A DNA stretch of 64,000 nt from Eledone cirrhosa (GCA_964016885.1 OZ024741.1:148676001-148740000), one strand, 5' to 3'. Counted from the stretch's first letter, positions 14,688 to 28,875 are shown. Notes: generated from the sequence alone by a model not told the origin. Numbers and translations: made by a program.

Positions 14688-16574
14688 TTAAAAGAATCAG
14701 TTTTGTATCATAGAACAAGGAGTAATTTTGGATGGTTTGGTTAGATAAATGATTAATATTTTTTGTGGTTATATTTCAAATGAAATACACTATATTTAAA
14801 TTAATTAATGAAGAATTTGGAGATTTATTAAAATTGTAATTTCATTATTAAGATGGTATTTGTAACAATTTCCCAAATGGTTTTTATATTAAATAATATT
14901 AAATTTAATTTAAATAGGGACCCTTTAAGATTTTATTCCATAGAACTAGTAATAGTTTTGGTCTGGTTGGTATGAAAATGATTGAACAGTTTATTAGTTA
15001 AATTATTGCTGTATTAAATCTTATTGTTAATTGGTTTTTAATCTACAGAAATCCACACTGTTAAGTATATTGTCTTAGATTGTGGTTTTAATAATTTAGC
15101 AGGTTGAGTGACATTTTTTCTTTTAAGATATAACTATAGTATTTGAATTAGAAGTCTTTGTAGTGAATAGAACAAATTGTAAACAAACTTTCTACTATTT
15201 CCTCTTAATGCAGAAAAACGGTCATTTAGCTCAACAGTACAGAGCACTTGGCCAGAATTTGAGAAGTATAAAGCTTGATTCTCTGTAGTGGCTGCTGGCC
15301 ACTTCTATCTATAGGAGTATTTTACCTGATTTTCTAAGCTATGTTCACAGTTATTTCCTGTTCAAGATTTTCTACATTTTCTAAGCATTTCAACTTACTT
15401 GATGTTCTAGTGTTTATTTACAAATGTTGCAAATTAATAGCTGATATTTAGCTATTTGTACCCCATATGGAGGATTAAACCATCCATTGTCCACAATATT
15501 GGGACTAATAAATTGTTAAAGGAACAATCAGTTATAGTAGTCATTTTATTGTGTGCATTTATGTGTGTGTGTATATATGTATGTTTATATATATATATAT
15601 ATATATGTATATGTATGTCCCACCCTTGCAAGCAGGGAAAGGTGGACGTAAAATGAGGGTGTGTGTGTGTGTGTGTATGTTTGTATAGATTGGGAGTTAC
15701 CAGTTAGACTAGTCAGACCATATTGAGCTACGTATTTGATGCCTGGGAAAGTATGGTGTGTGTATATAGTTAAAAGTTAGTGCTTGACGACAGCTCACAC
15801 CGTTTCGACAGCGAGTGGATAACTGAATAAATTTTTTGTTTTAAGCTATTTTCATGCACTGTTTCATCGGGACTTTGTGGGGGTTAGTGGAGAAAAGTAG
15901 TAAACTACACCCACCACCACAACAACCCTCAACTTGCCCTGAGACCAGATACTCCTGACCTTATTTTTCAACACTAGCAGTTTTGTTTCTTTGCAATTTT
16001 GCCATCATCAGATCACAGTATTGAAGTTGAGGCTGGGCAAACATAGAGTAGAATGATGGTGTGTATTTCTCTAGACCGGAAAGTTATGAGAATCCTGGGA
16101 CCCAGACAACTTTGCTTATGGGCATACTCCAGCTTAAGTTGTTGTCAAGAATTATGCCGAGGTCTGTTGTTGTCAAGAATTATGCCGAGGTCTGTTGTTG
16201 TTTGATGCTATGAGTGTTTCACTTGAGGGAAGAGAGAATATGGTTACTTCAAATATATGTATGTGTATATATATGTCTGTGTGTATATATGTGTGTGTGT
16301 ATATTTATATATGTTGAGAAGACCCATTAGTTGTGTCAATGTCACAACAAACCTCTTTAGTGTTGGCGATGTACACGATAAATGCACCCAGTACATGCTG
16401 TAAACTGGTTGGTGTTAGGAAGGGCATCCAGTCGTAGAAAGCTTGCCAAACCAAGGGTTGGGAGAACCCTTTAGTTGTGTCAAGGACATGACATCCTCCC
16501 TAGTGCTGGTGATCTACGCAATAAAAGCATTAAGTACACACTGTTAAGTGCTTGATGTTAGGAAGGGTATCTGC

Positions 16575-16930
16575 TCATGGGGTCATCTTCCATGTCGTCA
16601 CATCCCTCTTTGAACTTTTTGTGCCACTCAACAACCAATGAGCACAACATTCTCTCATCTCTGCACACTTGCTGCAGTATTCTGAGTGCTTCTGACAGTT
16701 TTCCCCAGCTGGACCAGAAAGTTCAGGTTGGTTCACTGCTCTGTGCTCATTGCTCGATGGCCTAAAATTGAGAATCTGTTAACAAAAGCATATGAAAAAA
16801 CATACGATGGCTGCAAAGATCTGAGATCGCAGTTATATACTCCTCAGAAATTACGTCACACAATGATGCAACCTGCTAATCCCTACCCCATTCATAGCTA
16901 AGTTCTGTTACTTTTCTGACACACCTCGTC
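16575..16930 (-). mobile_element. mariner transposon 5' relic
   Basis: Minus strand acgaggtgtgtcagaaaagtaac terminus, then QRTNLNFLVQLGKT and VVEWHKKFKEGCDDMEDDP (mariner HTH region). Confidence 0.75.
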
Positions 16931-17229
16931 TATACAAGCATATATGCTTAAGTTGTTGCAACTGTGTCGCAAAATGTTTGCATAGTGTTCCTATAATATA
17001 TATATATATATCAGATAAAAACACAGTACATGCTGTAAAGTAGTTAGTCATAAAGGCCATCCAGCTGTAGAAAGCTTGCTAAACAGTGGGAGGATCCTTT
17101 AGTTGTGTCAAAGACATAACAACTGCCCTTATGATGGTGCATTTGGTATATATATCTGTATATACATATATATGTATTTAGTTATTTAACCAAATAACTA
17201 AATACATATATATATATATATATGAATAC

Positions 17230-18100
17230 ATGAAAATAAATGAAACTGTAAAGCAGCTAAAAGTTTTTGTTGAATCTTTTTGTAGTCTCTATGTACTCAA
17301 AGATTTTGTTTACAGTTGGTAGATATTTGACAATATGTTGTATCTCCGATCTCGGTAGTTTTTTAATGATCAGCTTCAAGATGTCCTATCTTTCAGACTC
17401 ATAGTTTCTACATTAACAAATAGTGCTGTAGAGTTTCTGGGAAGTCTCCACAAGAACATAGGGGTGATTCTTTACAGCACATTCATGATAAAATATAGGT
17501 CAAGGTATATGGCCCATTCAAAGTCAGCATAATCTTTTTTGTTATTAACATTGCTCAGTGTCTGATACGTTTTAAATGTTGACAGATCTGGTTGAGAAAG
17601 TGGAGGATTGAAATTTGAGAGCTTATCTCTAGATTCTTCCCCAAAGTTTTCCTAACCTTAACTAATTTTTGCTAAATGATTTTACTTGCAATAGATTTGG
17701 GATGTAGTCTATTATTTTGCTCCTTTGCTAAGTTATCTGCTTTTCTATTTCCTCTAATATCTGTATGGTCTGGTATCCAAATCATTGTTATTTGTTTATT
17801 ATTTTCTGAAAGTTATCTATTCTTAGCAGAGCATTCTCAATATCTCTCACCCGACCGTTTTTTTCTTGATTGAAGCAGTTTTAGGTTCGATAAACTATCA
17901 GTAGATAAGAAACCTTTTTGCCATCTCATATTTTAAACTGAATCTATGGATAATATAATTCCTTATCACTCTGCATCAAATATTGAAAAATATAGAAACA
18001 ATTTTTCCAGATGAATTCCAAAGTGAATATTTTTATATTAGATGTTTTTGTAGCACTCTACATATAGATTTGATAAATAAAACTTTGTTTTCTTGAACAA
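17230..18100 (-). mobile_element. Decayed I-group (I/Nimb-like) LINE 3' relic with an RNase H domain
   Basis: Minus strand ~17720-17794 reads QITMIWIPDHTDIRGNRKADNLAKE (RNase H WxPxHxxIxGNxxADxLAK motif), with an upstream TDSLS motif. Confidence 0.75.
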
Positions 18101-18115
18101 TTTGTTGTCCATTAA

Positions 18116-18336
18116 CCCTTTAATATTTACATTACTCTATATATGCTATTGTATTTTCATGGTAAAGTCTTTACCTCACATAATTATCTCACATAATATC
18201 GGATCTACGAGATTTTCATGTTATTTATTTTGAGAACAATACCTTAACGTCGGTATGAGCGGCTGGTTATGACCAGTTTGAACAGAAAGAGGTGAGAGAA
18301 TTCTGGCCGGATATGGCCAGTTTAAAGGCTAAAGGG
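18116..18336. mobile_element. piggyBac-like MITE (~220 bp)
   Basis: TTAA-CCCTTTA...TAAAGGG-TTAA; same family as 14469-14687. Confidence 0.8.
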
Positions 18337-18943
18337 TTAATTGGCTTGCTAAGCCTGTCACAGAGCTTCACCAGATGTATCAAGGTGGCTCAGGATGAAA
18401 GTTATTGGTTTGAAGGTGAACATTCACACACTATCACTACATGCCCTACTTTATCTGTTCCTACTTCTAACTGAGGGGTTGGACTTCAAGAAATATTCAT
18501 GTGTTAATAGGCATTTTAAAATTCATAAAAATTCTGACTTTAGTTAGTTGTAAATGGACTAATTGCTTTCTGTAGTGCAGTTAGTGTTGAGTGATGTTGA
18601 CACAAAGTGTAGTCATTAAGCCACTCATAACTTAACTATTAGTAACACTTTTGTATTTGTTTCATCCTCATTAAGTACTTTCAGATTCTAGCATCAGTTA
18701 ACAATTTGTCTGATGAAATTCCTTACTTTGCTTATGATATTGGAAAAGAACCTTTTCTATAAGGTTTTCGACAGCCAGATGCCTTTCCTGATGTTAACTA
18801 ATACTTTAAGTATGATATATGTTGCTGATGTTTGTTGAGCCATTACATTTTAGAATGTATTGATTTTGGTTGACATAAACAACTATTATGGTGTCGTAAC
18901 TGCATTTTCAGCAACTGGCATGCTACCACACACACACATATAT

Positions 18944-20678
18944 AACTAATCAGAGAGTGAATTGATCTAGATGAAATGCCGTTTGGGTTTGTGTCAGGTA
19001 AAAGTACCACAGACGCTCTTTTCCTTGTATGACAACTACAGGAGAAGTACCTAGCTAAAAGTAAAAGCTTCTACTTAGCTTTTGTAGACCTAGAGAAAGC
19101 CTTTGACAGAGTTCCCCTCTCCATTATCTGGTGGGCTCTTAGAAAACTAGGTGTAGATGGATGGCTTGTGAGAGTTATGCAAGCTATGTATAAAGAAACA
19201 ATCAGTAAGGTTAGAATTAACAATGAATATTGTGAAGAATTTAGTGTAAAAGTTGTTCATCAAGGCTCTGTCCTTAGCCCCCCTCCTATTTATTATTGCC
19301 CTTAAGGCTATAACAGAGGAGTTCAAGACCGGCTGCCCATGGGAACTCCTATACGCAGATGATTTAACTCTCATAGCTGACTCTATTGCTGAACTAGAGA
19401 AGAAATTCCAAACATGAAAGCATGGCCTAGAATCAAAAGGCCTTAAAGATTTAGTTTGTAGAAAGGAAAATAGGGCACAGGTGCCCTTAGGGAAATGGCC
19501 ATGCTCAGTGTGTAGGAAAGGAGTAGGCAAAAATTCCATTTTATGTCCCAAATGCAAACTATGGGTACATAGAAGATGTAGTGGGATCACAGGTAAGCTA
19601 TCTAAGAATGTAAACTTTATATGTGGCTGATGCTCAGGTGCAATAAGTAGCAAGTGCCCACAGGATACTAGCTTCTTCTATTGCCCAGATGGTTCTATAG
19701 AAATAGTGGACATTTTCCGTTACCTGGGTGACGAAATCAGCAGTAGTGGAGGGTGTTCTGAAAGTACAGTAGCCAGAGTCAGAACGGGATGGAAAAAGTT
19801 CAGAGAGCTTATAGCGCTGTTGTCCACAAAAGGTTTCTCTCTAAAATTGAAAGGCAGATTGTATGATGGCTGTATACAAACAGCAATGTTACATGGCAGT
19901 GAGACATGGGCATTGCGTGCAGAGGACCTACGCAGACTGGAAAGGAACGAAGCATGCATGATCCATTGGATGTGTAATAGTAATATACGTGAACGGCAAA
20001 GCATAAATGAACTAAGTGAGAAATTAGGAATAAGAGGGTTCAGATGCTGTTTACTTGAGAGAAGACTACGTTGGTATGGCCACGTGATGCGCATGAAAGA
20101 CGACAGCTGTATAAAAAAGTGCAGGGCGATCAAAATTGATGGTAGTTACGGAGTAGGTAGACCCAGAAAAAGCTGGGACGATCTGATAAATTCCGACCTT
20201 ACACACTTGCACCTCTCTAAGACAATGTCACTGGACCGAGTTCTTTGGCACTACACAGTAATACAGAAGACCCGCCTTGCCTATGTACAAAGCGAAATCT
20301 ACGGCCAGTAGGCACCTCTTAACCAAATATACACCCCAATCCACTACCCCTACCCTATCCTCCCACCAACACCACCCCCTCTCTATAAAGTTGGTACCAC
20401 AACATCCAGTCCAGATAAATGAGATCGAGATCGTGTAGGTGTCGCGAGAAAAAAAAACACAGTCCACGCTGTAATGTGGCTGTAAGTAGCACAGTAAAAA
20501 GTTCCCAGTTCCACACTGTAAATGTGGTTGGTGTTAGGAAGAGCATCCAGACGTAGAAAACCTGCCGGATAGTCCTATACGAGCGAGACACGGTCACCGA
20601 CCAACCTTGCCTCAAGTGGGACAACTCCCGTCTGACCCATGCTAGCGTGGAAAGTGGACGTTAAACGACGATGATGAT
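18944..20678 (+). mobile_element. RTE LINE family A, 5'-truncated and disrupted
   Basis: [33 protein letters not shown] and [10 protein letters not shown] with stops and frameshifts. 3' UTR ends ggacgttaaacgacgatgatgatg. Confidence 0.95.
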
Positions 20679-20679
20679 G

Positions 20680-20705
20680 TATATATATATATATGTGTAT
20701 ATGTA

Positions 20706-20736
<31 letters not shown>

Positions 20737-20869
20737 ATATATATATGTTTATATATATGTGTATATGTATATATATATATGTTTATATATATGTGTATAT
20801 GTATATATATATATGTTTATATATATGTGTATATGTATATATATATATGTTTATATATATGTGTATATG

Positions 20870-20916
<47 letters not shown>

Positions 20917-21097
20917 GTGTATATATATATATGTGTATATATATATATGTGTATATATATATGTGTGTATATATATATGTGTATATATATATATGTGTAT
21001 ATATATATATGTGTATATATATATATGTGTATATATATATATGTATATATATATGTGTATATATATATGTGTATATATATATATGTATATATATATG

Positions 21098-21142
<45 letters not shown>

Positions 21143-21181
21143 GTATATATATATATATATGTATATATATATGTATATATG

Positions 21182-21236
<55 letters not shown>

Positions 21237-21308
21237 GTATATATATATGTATATATGTATATATATGTATATATGTATATATATATATATGTATATATAT
21301 ATATAATA

Positions 21309-21341
<33 letters not shown>

Positions 21342-21378
21342 ATATATGTGTATATATGTATATATATGTGTATATATG

Positions 21379-21412
<34 letters not shown>

Positions 21413-21431
21413 TGTGTATATATATATATAT
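20680..21431. repeat. (TA)n/(TATG)n microsatellite
   Basis: Seen directly in the sequence. Confidence 0.97.
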
Positions 21432-22003
21432 GTATGGACACGTGATGCGCATGAAAGTCGATAGCTGTATAACAAAGTGCAGGGCAATAAAGATAGACGG
21501 TAGCCACAGAATAGGCAGACCTAGAAAAACCTGGGATGAGCTGATAAACTCCGACCTCACACACTTACACCTCTCCAAGACAATGTCACTGGACCGAGAC
21601 CTTTGGCGGTACTCAGTAACAGAGAAGACCCGCCTTGCCAGTAGGCATCTCTAACAAAATACACCCCGTCCCGCCACCACACCCACCCCATCCACACCAC
21701 CCCGTTCTATGTAAAGTTATGTTGGTGCCGCGCCATCCAGGCCGAAACAAATGAGATCGTGTAGGTGTCACGACAAAAAAACACACAGTCCACGCTGTAA
21801 TGTGGCCGTGTAGGCAACACGGTAAAAACCTCCCAGACCCACACTGTAAATGTGGTTGGTGTTAGGAAGGGCATCCAACTGTAGAAAACCTGCCAGACAG
21901 TCCCTATGCGAGCAAGACAATCACTCTTGCCTCAAGTGGGACTACCCCCGTCCAAACCCATGCAAGCGTGGAACACGGACGTTAAACGTTGATGATGATG
22001 ATG

Positions 22004-22006
<3 letters not shown>
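21432..22006 (+). mobile_element. RTE LINE family A, short 3' copy
   Basis: [23 protein letters not shown], then the full 3' UTR and (GAT)n tail. Confidence 0.93.
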
Positions 22007-22075
<69 letters not shown>

Positions 22076-22194
22076 ATATATATATATATACACATATATG
22101 TATATATATATATATACATGTATATATATATATATATACACATATATGTATATATATATATACATATGTATATATATATATATACACATATATG

Positions 22195-22246
<52 letters not shown>

Positions 22247-22346
22247 TGTATATATGCATATATACATATATACATATATGTATATATGCATATACACATA
22301 TATGTATATATACATATACACATATATGTATATATATATATACACA

Positions 22347-22495
<149 letters not shown>

Positions 22496-24993
22496 CATCA
22501 TCATCATCATCATCACCGTTTTACGTCCGTTCTTCCACGCTAGCATGGGTTAGACGGGTTGTCCTGTTGTGGGCAGTGTCTGGTCGGCTGACCATGCCTT
22601 GCTCATACAGGAACTGATCTGGCTTGATTTCTACAGCTGGATGCCCTTCCTAACACCAACCTCATTTACAGTGAGTGCTGGGTGCTTTTTCGTGGCGCCT
22701 ACACGTCCACTTTACAGTGTGGGCTGGGTGCTTTTTTTGCCGTGGCACCTCCACGACCACCTTGCGGTGGGGGGGGGGGGGGGGGGCATATTGTTTATAT
22801 GCTTCAGCATGTACCCATGGGAGGTCGGGTACCCTGTACTACTGCGTGACGCCAGAAGTCACGGTCGTGTGTCATTGACTTTGAGAGGTGTAGTTGGGTA
22901 AGGTCGGCTTTTATCACCTCATCCCAAGTCATCTTGGGTCTCCCCACTCCGCGGTTTCCATCAACTTCTAGTGCTCTGCACCTTTTTATGCAGCTGTCAT
23001 CCTTCATACGCATCACATGTCCATACCAGCGTAACCGCCTCTCCTGCACGCAGCATTTGATTCCTCTTATGCTCAGTCTCTCTCTCAATTCATTTATGCT
23101 TTGTCGTTCACGTATATTACTGTTACACATCCATCGGAGCATGCAGGCTTCGTTTCTCTCTAATCTACGTAAGTCTTCCACCTTCAGCGCCCAGGTCTCA
23201 CTACCATGCAACATCGCTGTTCGGATACACGCATCATACAGTCTGCCTTTCATTCTGAGGGAGAAGCCTTTTGCAGCTAGCAGTGGTAGTAGTTCCCTAA
23301 ACTTCTTCCATCCCGTTCTTACCCTAGTTATTGTACTTTCTGAGCACCCACCTCCGTTGCTAATTCGGTCACCTAGGTAGCAGAAGCTGTCTACTGTTTC
23401 TACAGGGCCCTCCCAGAGATTGGTGGTACTTGTTTCCTGTGGCTGTTTGCTTGCTGTTTCAGCACAGCTGCTGCATGTGAATCCTATATTCTTAATTAAG
23501 CTTCCTGAGATCCCGCTACATCTCTTGTGTACCCATTGTTTGCATTTGGGGCAAAGAATGGAGTTCCTACCTACACCTTTCCTACATACTGAGCAAGGCC
23601 ATTTCCCTGAGGGGATCTGGGTTCTGTTTTCTCGTCTACTTATAAGGACCTTAGTCTTTGTCATGTTGACTTTGAGGCCCTTTCTCTCTAGTCCCTGCTT
23701 CCAGGTTTGGAATTTATTCTCTAGTTCTACCATAGATTCAGCTATGAGTGCGAGGTCATCAGCATACAGGAGTTCCCATGGGCATCCGGTCTTAAACTCC
23801 TCCGTTATTGCCTGCAGGACTATGATGAACAGGAGAGGGCTAAGAACAGAGCCCTGGTGGACCCCAACCTGTACGCTAAATTCCTCGCTATACTCATTGC
23901 CAATCCTAACTTTGCTGACTGCTCCCCTATACATGGCTTGTACCGCTTTCACAAGCCATTCATCTACTCCTAGTTTTCTAAGAGCCCACCAGATTACTGC
24001 ACGTGGAACTCTGTCAAAGGCTTTCTCAAGGTCGACAAATGCCAAGTAGAGTGGCTTACTTTTAGCTAGGTACTTTTCCTGTAATTGCCTCACAAGGAAG
24101 AGCGCATCAGTGGTGCCTTTCCCTGGAACAAACCCAAATTGCATCTCGTCTATATTCACCCGGTCCCTAATCAGCTGTGCTATAACTCTTTCTGTTACTT
24201 TCATGACCTGGTCCATCAACTTTATACCTCTATAGTTTCCTCTATCTAGTGCATCGCCTTTACCTTTGTAGCAGTTGACAATGATGCTACTGCACCAATC
24301 TTTTGGTATGGCCCCCTCTAGTATTACCTGGTTAACGATACGTGTGGTTATAGTGTGACCTACAGACCCAGATGCCTTCAGCATCTCGGCAGCTATACCC
24401 GATGGACCGGTTGCCTTCCCTATCTTCATATCTCTGATTGCCTTACTTACTACGCTGCCGCTGACTTGTACTGCTGGTCCCTCTATAGGGTCTACGTGGG
24501 GTAGGGTCTCTTCTTCCCATGCATTCTCCTCATTTAGTAATCTATCATAATGACTCTTCCATGCATCTTTCTTCTCAGCACTTGTGAGGGCAAGCTCACC
24601 TTTATCATTCCGGATACACTTCTCTCCAATGACATCACAACTATCTCTGACACACTGCCTCGCAATCTTGAATACCTCCTGTTTCTGGTCCTCACGTTGT
24701 AAAACATGCTTGAATTTTCTATCCTCTGCTTCCCTCCTAGCTAAGTATACTTGTCGCCTAGCTTCCCTCTTGGTCTCTATGTAATGTACCCTGCTCCCCC
24801 CGTTCTTCCATTCTTTCCATGCCTGTCTCTTGGCCTTGACTGCTTCATCTACCTTATTGTTCCACCACCAAGTCACTCTCCTCCTGCTTGAGGTCTTACT
24901 CCAGCCACAAACCTCATCCGTCGCCTCTAGTAAGTTATTTTTTAGGAACTCCCAGTTCTCTTCTACGTTAAATGTCTCTATCTGTTCTTCTTT
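22496..24993 (-). mobile_element. RTE LINE family B, 5'-truncated, young
   Basis: Uninterrupted RT ORF, 3' UTR and (GAT)n tail; both flanks are (TA)n arrays. Confidence 0.96.
22804..24993 (-). CDS. RTE ORF (linker, reverse transcriptase and PHD finger), ~730 codons open, lacking the APE domain and a true start
   Basis: [46 protein letters not shown], a C4HC3 finger and [10 protein letters not shown]. The first ~60 aa of the ORF-track ORF are microsatellite. Confidence 0.9.
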   Translation of the reverse strand, partial: KEEQIETFNVEENWEFLKNNLLEATDEVCGWSKTSSRRRVTWWWNNKVDEAVKAKRQAWKEWKNGGSRVHYIETKREARRQVYLARREAEDRKFKHVLQREDQKQEVFKIARQCVRDSCDVIGEKCIRNDKGELALTSAEKKDAWKSHYDRLLNEENAWEEETLPHVDPIEGPAVQVSGSVVSKAIRDMKIGKATGPSGIAAEMLKASGSVGHTITTRIVNQVILEGAIPKDWCSSIIVNCYKGKGDALDRGNYRGIKLMDQVMKVTERVIAQLIRDRVNIDEMQFGFVPGKGTTDALFLVRQLQEKYLAKSKPLYLAFVDLEKAFDRVPRAVIWWALRKLGVDEWLVKAVQAMYRGAVSKVRIGNEYSEEFSVQVGVHQGSVLSPLLFIIVLQAITEEFKTGCPWELLYADDLALIAESMVELENKFQTWKQGLERKGLKVNMTKTKVLISRRENRTQIPSGKWPCSVCRKGVGRNSILCPKCKQWVHKRCSGISGSLIKNIGFTCSSCAETASKQPQETSTTNLWEGPVETVDSFCYLGDRISNGGGCSESTITRVRTGWKKFRELLPLLAAKGFSLRMKGRLYDACIRTAMLHGSETWALKVEDLRRLERNEACMLRWMCNSNIRERQSINELRERLSIRGIKCCVQERRLRWYGHVMRMKDDSCIKRCRALEVDGNRGVGRPKMTWDEVIKADLTQLHLSKSMTHDRDFWRHAVVQGTRPPMGTC

Positions 24994-25082
24994 ATATATA
25001 AATATATACACATGTGTATATATGTGTGTATATATATATATATAAATATATACACATATGTGTATATATATATATATATACA

Positions 25083-25117
<35 letters not shown>

Positions 25118-25127
25118 ATATATACAC

Positions 25128-25182
<55 letters not shown>

Positions 25183-25184
25183 TG

Positions 25185-25410
25185 TGTTTACTCTGTTTAC
25201 TCAGCTGGAGAAATTAGATGATAGGGACTGGGGTCCCTATCATTCCACTGCAAAGTGGTCGTGGAGGTGCCACGGCAAAAAAGCACCCAGCACTCACTGT
25301 AAATGAGGTTGGTGTTACGAAGGGCATCCAGCTGTAGAAATCAAGCCAGAATCAGTTCCCGTCCCACCCTTGCAAGCAGGGAAAAGCGGACGTAAAATGA
25401 AATGATGATG
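25185..25410 (+). mobile_element. 5'-truncated CORE SINE with the short family-B-like tail
   Basis: Matches the 3' part of 50907-51227. Confidence 0.85.
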
Positions 25411-25521
25411 TGTATATATATATATATATATATACACACACATATGTTTATAAACACATATATGTATATATGTATATATATGTATATATGTATATATATT
25501 TTTTATATATATATATTTATT

Positions 25522-25575
<54 letters not shown>

Positions 25576-25637
25576 TGTTTATAAACACATATATGTATAT
25601 ATATGTATATATGTATATATATATATACATATATATT

Positions 25638-25688
<51 letters not shown>

Positions 25689-25707
25689 ATTTATATATAT
25701 ATATATT

Positions 25708-25778
<71 letters not shown>

Positions 25779-25951
25779 GTATATATGTATATATATATAG
25801 GTGTATATATATATAGGTGTATATATATATATGTATATATATGTATATATATATATGTGTATATATATATATGTATATATATGTATATATATATGTATAT
25901 ATATATATATATGTATATATATGTATATATATATATATGTATATATATATG

Positions 25952-26064
<113 letters not shown>

Positions 26065-26074
26065 GTATATATAT

Positions 26075-26229
26075 GGTGGCTGCCAACTCGTTTTCGAGTA
26101 CGGCCACTACTTTATATCCATGTAAGAGAACCCCTACCGATACGCTGAACAAGTGTGACTTTTTAGTCCAGCCAACGACTTGAAAACTGGTACAAACACT
26201 ACACTTGTGACAATTATTGACACAGTGCT
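26075..26229 (+). mobile_element. GGTGGCTGCC-terminus family fragment
   Basis: Near-identical to the reverse complement of 7760-7912. Confidence 0.8.
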
Positions 26230-26426
26230 ATATATATATATGTATATATATATGTATATATGTATATATATATAGGTGTATATATATATAGGTGTATATA
26301 TATATATGTATATATATGTATATATATATATGTGTATATATATATATGTATATATATGTATATATATATGTATATATATATATATATGTATATATATGTA
26401 TATATATATATATGTATATATATATG

Positions 26427-26489
<63 letters not shown>

Positions 26490-26592
26490 GTATATATATG
26501 TATATATATATATATGTATATATATATATGTATATATATATATATGTATATATGTATATGTATATATATGTATATGTATATATATATATATG

Positions 26593-26637
<45 letters not shown>

Positions 26638-26638
26638 G

Positions 26639-26689
<51 letters not shown>

Positions 26690-26920
26690 GTATATATATA
26701 TGTGTATATATATATGTGTATATATATATGTGTATATTTATATATGTGTATATTTATATATGTGTATATGTATATATATGTGTATATTTATATATGTGTA
26801 TATGTATATATATGTGTATATGTATATATATGTATATATATGTATATATATGTATATGTATATATATGTATATATATGTATATATATATATATGTATATA
26901 TATATGTATATATATATATA

Positions 26921-26969
<49 letters not shown>

Positions 26970-27008
26970 ATATATATGTATATATGTATATATATATGTA
27001 TATATATG

Positions 27009-27059
<51 letters not shown>

Positions 27060-27060
<1 letters not shown>

Positions 27061-28595
27061 GCCCCCTACTATTTATTATTGCCCTTCAGGCTATAACAGA
27101 GGAGTTCAAGACCGGCTGCCCATGGGAACTCCTATACGCAGATGATCTAACGCTCATAGCTGAATCAATGACCGAACTAGAGAAGAAATTCCAAACGTGG
27201 AAGCACGGCCTTGAATCAAAAGGCCTTAAAATTAACCTGGCTAAGACTAAAGTTCTAGTTTGTAGGAAAGAAAATAAGGCGGCGGTCCCATCGGGGAAAT
27301 GGCCATGCTCAGTGTGTAGGAAAGGCGTAGGTAGAAACTCCATTTTATGTCCCAAATGCAAAGTATGGGTGCATAAAAGATGTAGTGGGATCACAGGTAA
27401 GCTAACTAAGAACATAGATTTTACATGTGGCCGGTGCTCTGGTGCAATAAGTAGCAGCAAGTGCCCACAAAATACTAGCTCCTTCAACTGCGCAGAGGGT
27501 TCTATAGAAATAGTGGACAGCTTCCGTTATCTGGGTGACAAAATCAGCAGTGGGGGAGGGTGCTCTGAAAGTACAGTAGCTAGAGTCAGAACTGGATGGA
27601 AAAAGTTCAGAGAGCTTATACCACTATTAGCCGCTAGAGGGTTCTCCCTAAAAATGAAAGGCAGGTTATACGATGCCTGCATACGAACAGCAATGCTGCA
27701 TGGCAGTGAGACCTGGGCATTGTGTGCAGAGGATATACGCAGACTAGAGAGGAACGAAGCTTGCATGCTCCGCTGGATGTGCAATAGTAATATACGTGAA
27801 CGGCAAAGCATAAACGAACTAAGGAAAAAATTAGAAATAAGAGGGATCAGATGTTGTTTACTCGAGAGAAGGCTACGTTGGTACGGTCACGTGATGCGCA
27901 TGAAAGACGACAGCTGTATAACAAAGTGCAGGGCAATAAAGATAGACGATAGCCACGGAGTAGGCAGACCCAGAAAAACATGGGACGAGCTGATAAATTC
28001 CGACCTCACACGCTTACACCTCTCCAAGACAATGTCACTGGACCGAGACCTTTGGCGGTACTCAGTAATAGAGAAGACCCGCCTTACCTAAATACAAAGT
28101 AAAAACCTACTACAGTCAGTAGGCACCTCTATCAAAACACACCCCCGTCCCACCACCTCCACCCCACCCACACCGCCCCTTTCAATGTAAAGTTATGTTG
28201 GTCCCACAACATCCAGGCCGAAACAAATGAGATCGTGTAGGTGTCACGACAAAAAACACACAGTCCACGCTGTAAATGTGGCCGTGTAGGCAACACGGTA
28301 AAAACCTCCCAGCCCCACACTGTAAATGTGGTTGGTGTTAGGAAGGGCATCCAGCTGTAGAAAACCAGCCAGACAGTCCATGCTGTAATGTGGCCGTGTA
28401 GGCAACACGGTAAAAACCTCCCAGCCCCACACTGTAAATGTGGTTGGTGTTAGGAAGGGCATCCAACTGTAGAAAACCCGCCAGACAGTCCTATGCGAGC
28501 AAGACAACCACTCTTGCCTCAAGTGGGAAAACCCCCGTCCAAACCCATGCAAGCGTGGAACACGGACGCTAAACCTGATGATGATGATGATGATG

Positions 28596-28596
<1 letters not shown>
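27060..28596 (+). mobile_element. RTE LINE family A, 5'-truncated, ORF open 27060-28091, 3' UTR with a ~112-bp tandem duplication
   Basis: SPLLFII..LLYADDL..PHD..FRYLGD..LRWYGH open to the stop, then a (GAT)n tail. Confidence 0.95.
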
Positions 28597-28639
<43 letters not shown>

Positions 28640-28650
28640 GTATATATATG

Positions 28651-28681
<31 letters not shown>

Positions 28682-28842
28682 GTATATATATGTATATATA
28701 TATATGTATATATATGTATATATATGTATATATATATATGTATATATATGTATATATATGTATATATATATATGTATATATATGTATATATATGTATATA
28801 TATATATGTATATATATATATGTATATATATGTATATATATG

Positions 28843-28875
<33 letters not shown>

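Noticed and set aside
16138-16201. 28-bp tandem duplication
   Set aside because: Simple local slippage with no further structure.
8255-20678. APE fragment (8255-9450) and RT fragment (18944-20678) as one RTE split around the exon
   Set aside because: The connecting coding region is missing and a conserved host exon lies between them. Independent insertions are simpler.
22934-24784. Plus-strand ORFs of 66-209 aa (also 35217-36330)
   Set aside because: Antisense shadows of the RTE ORF.
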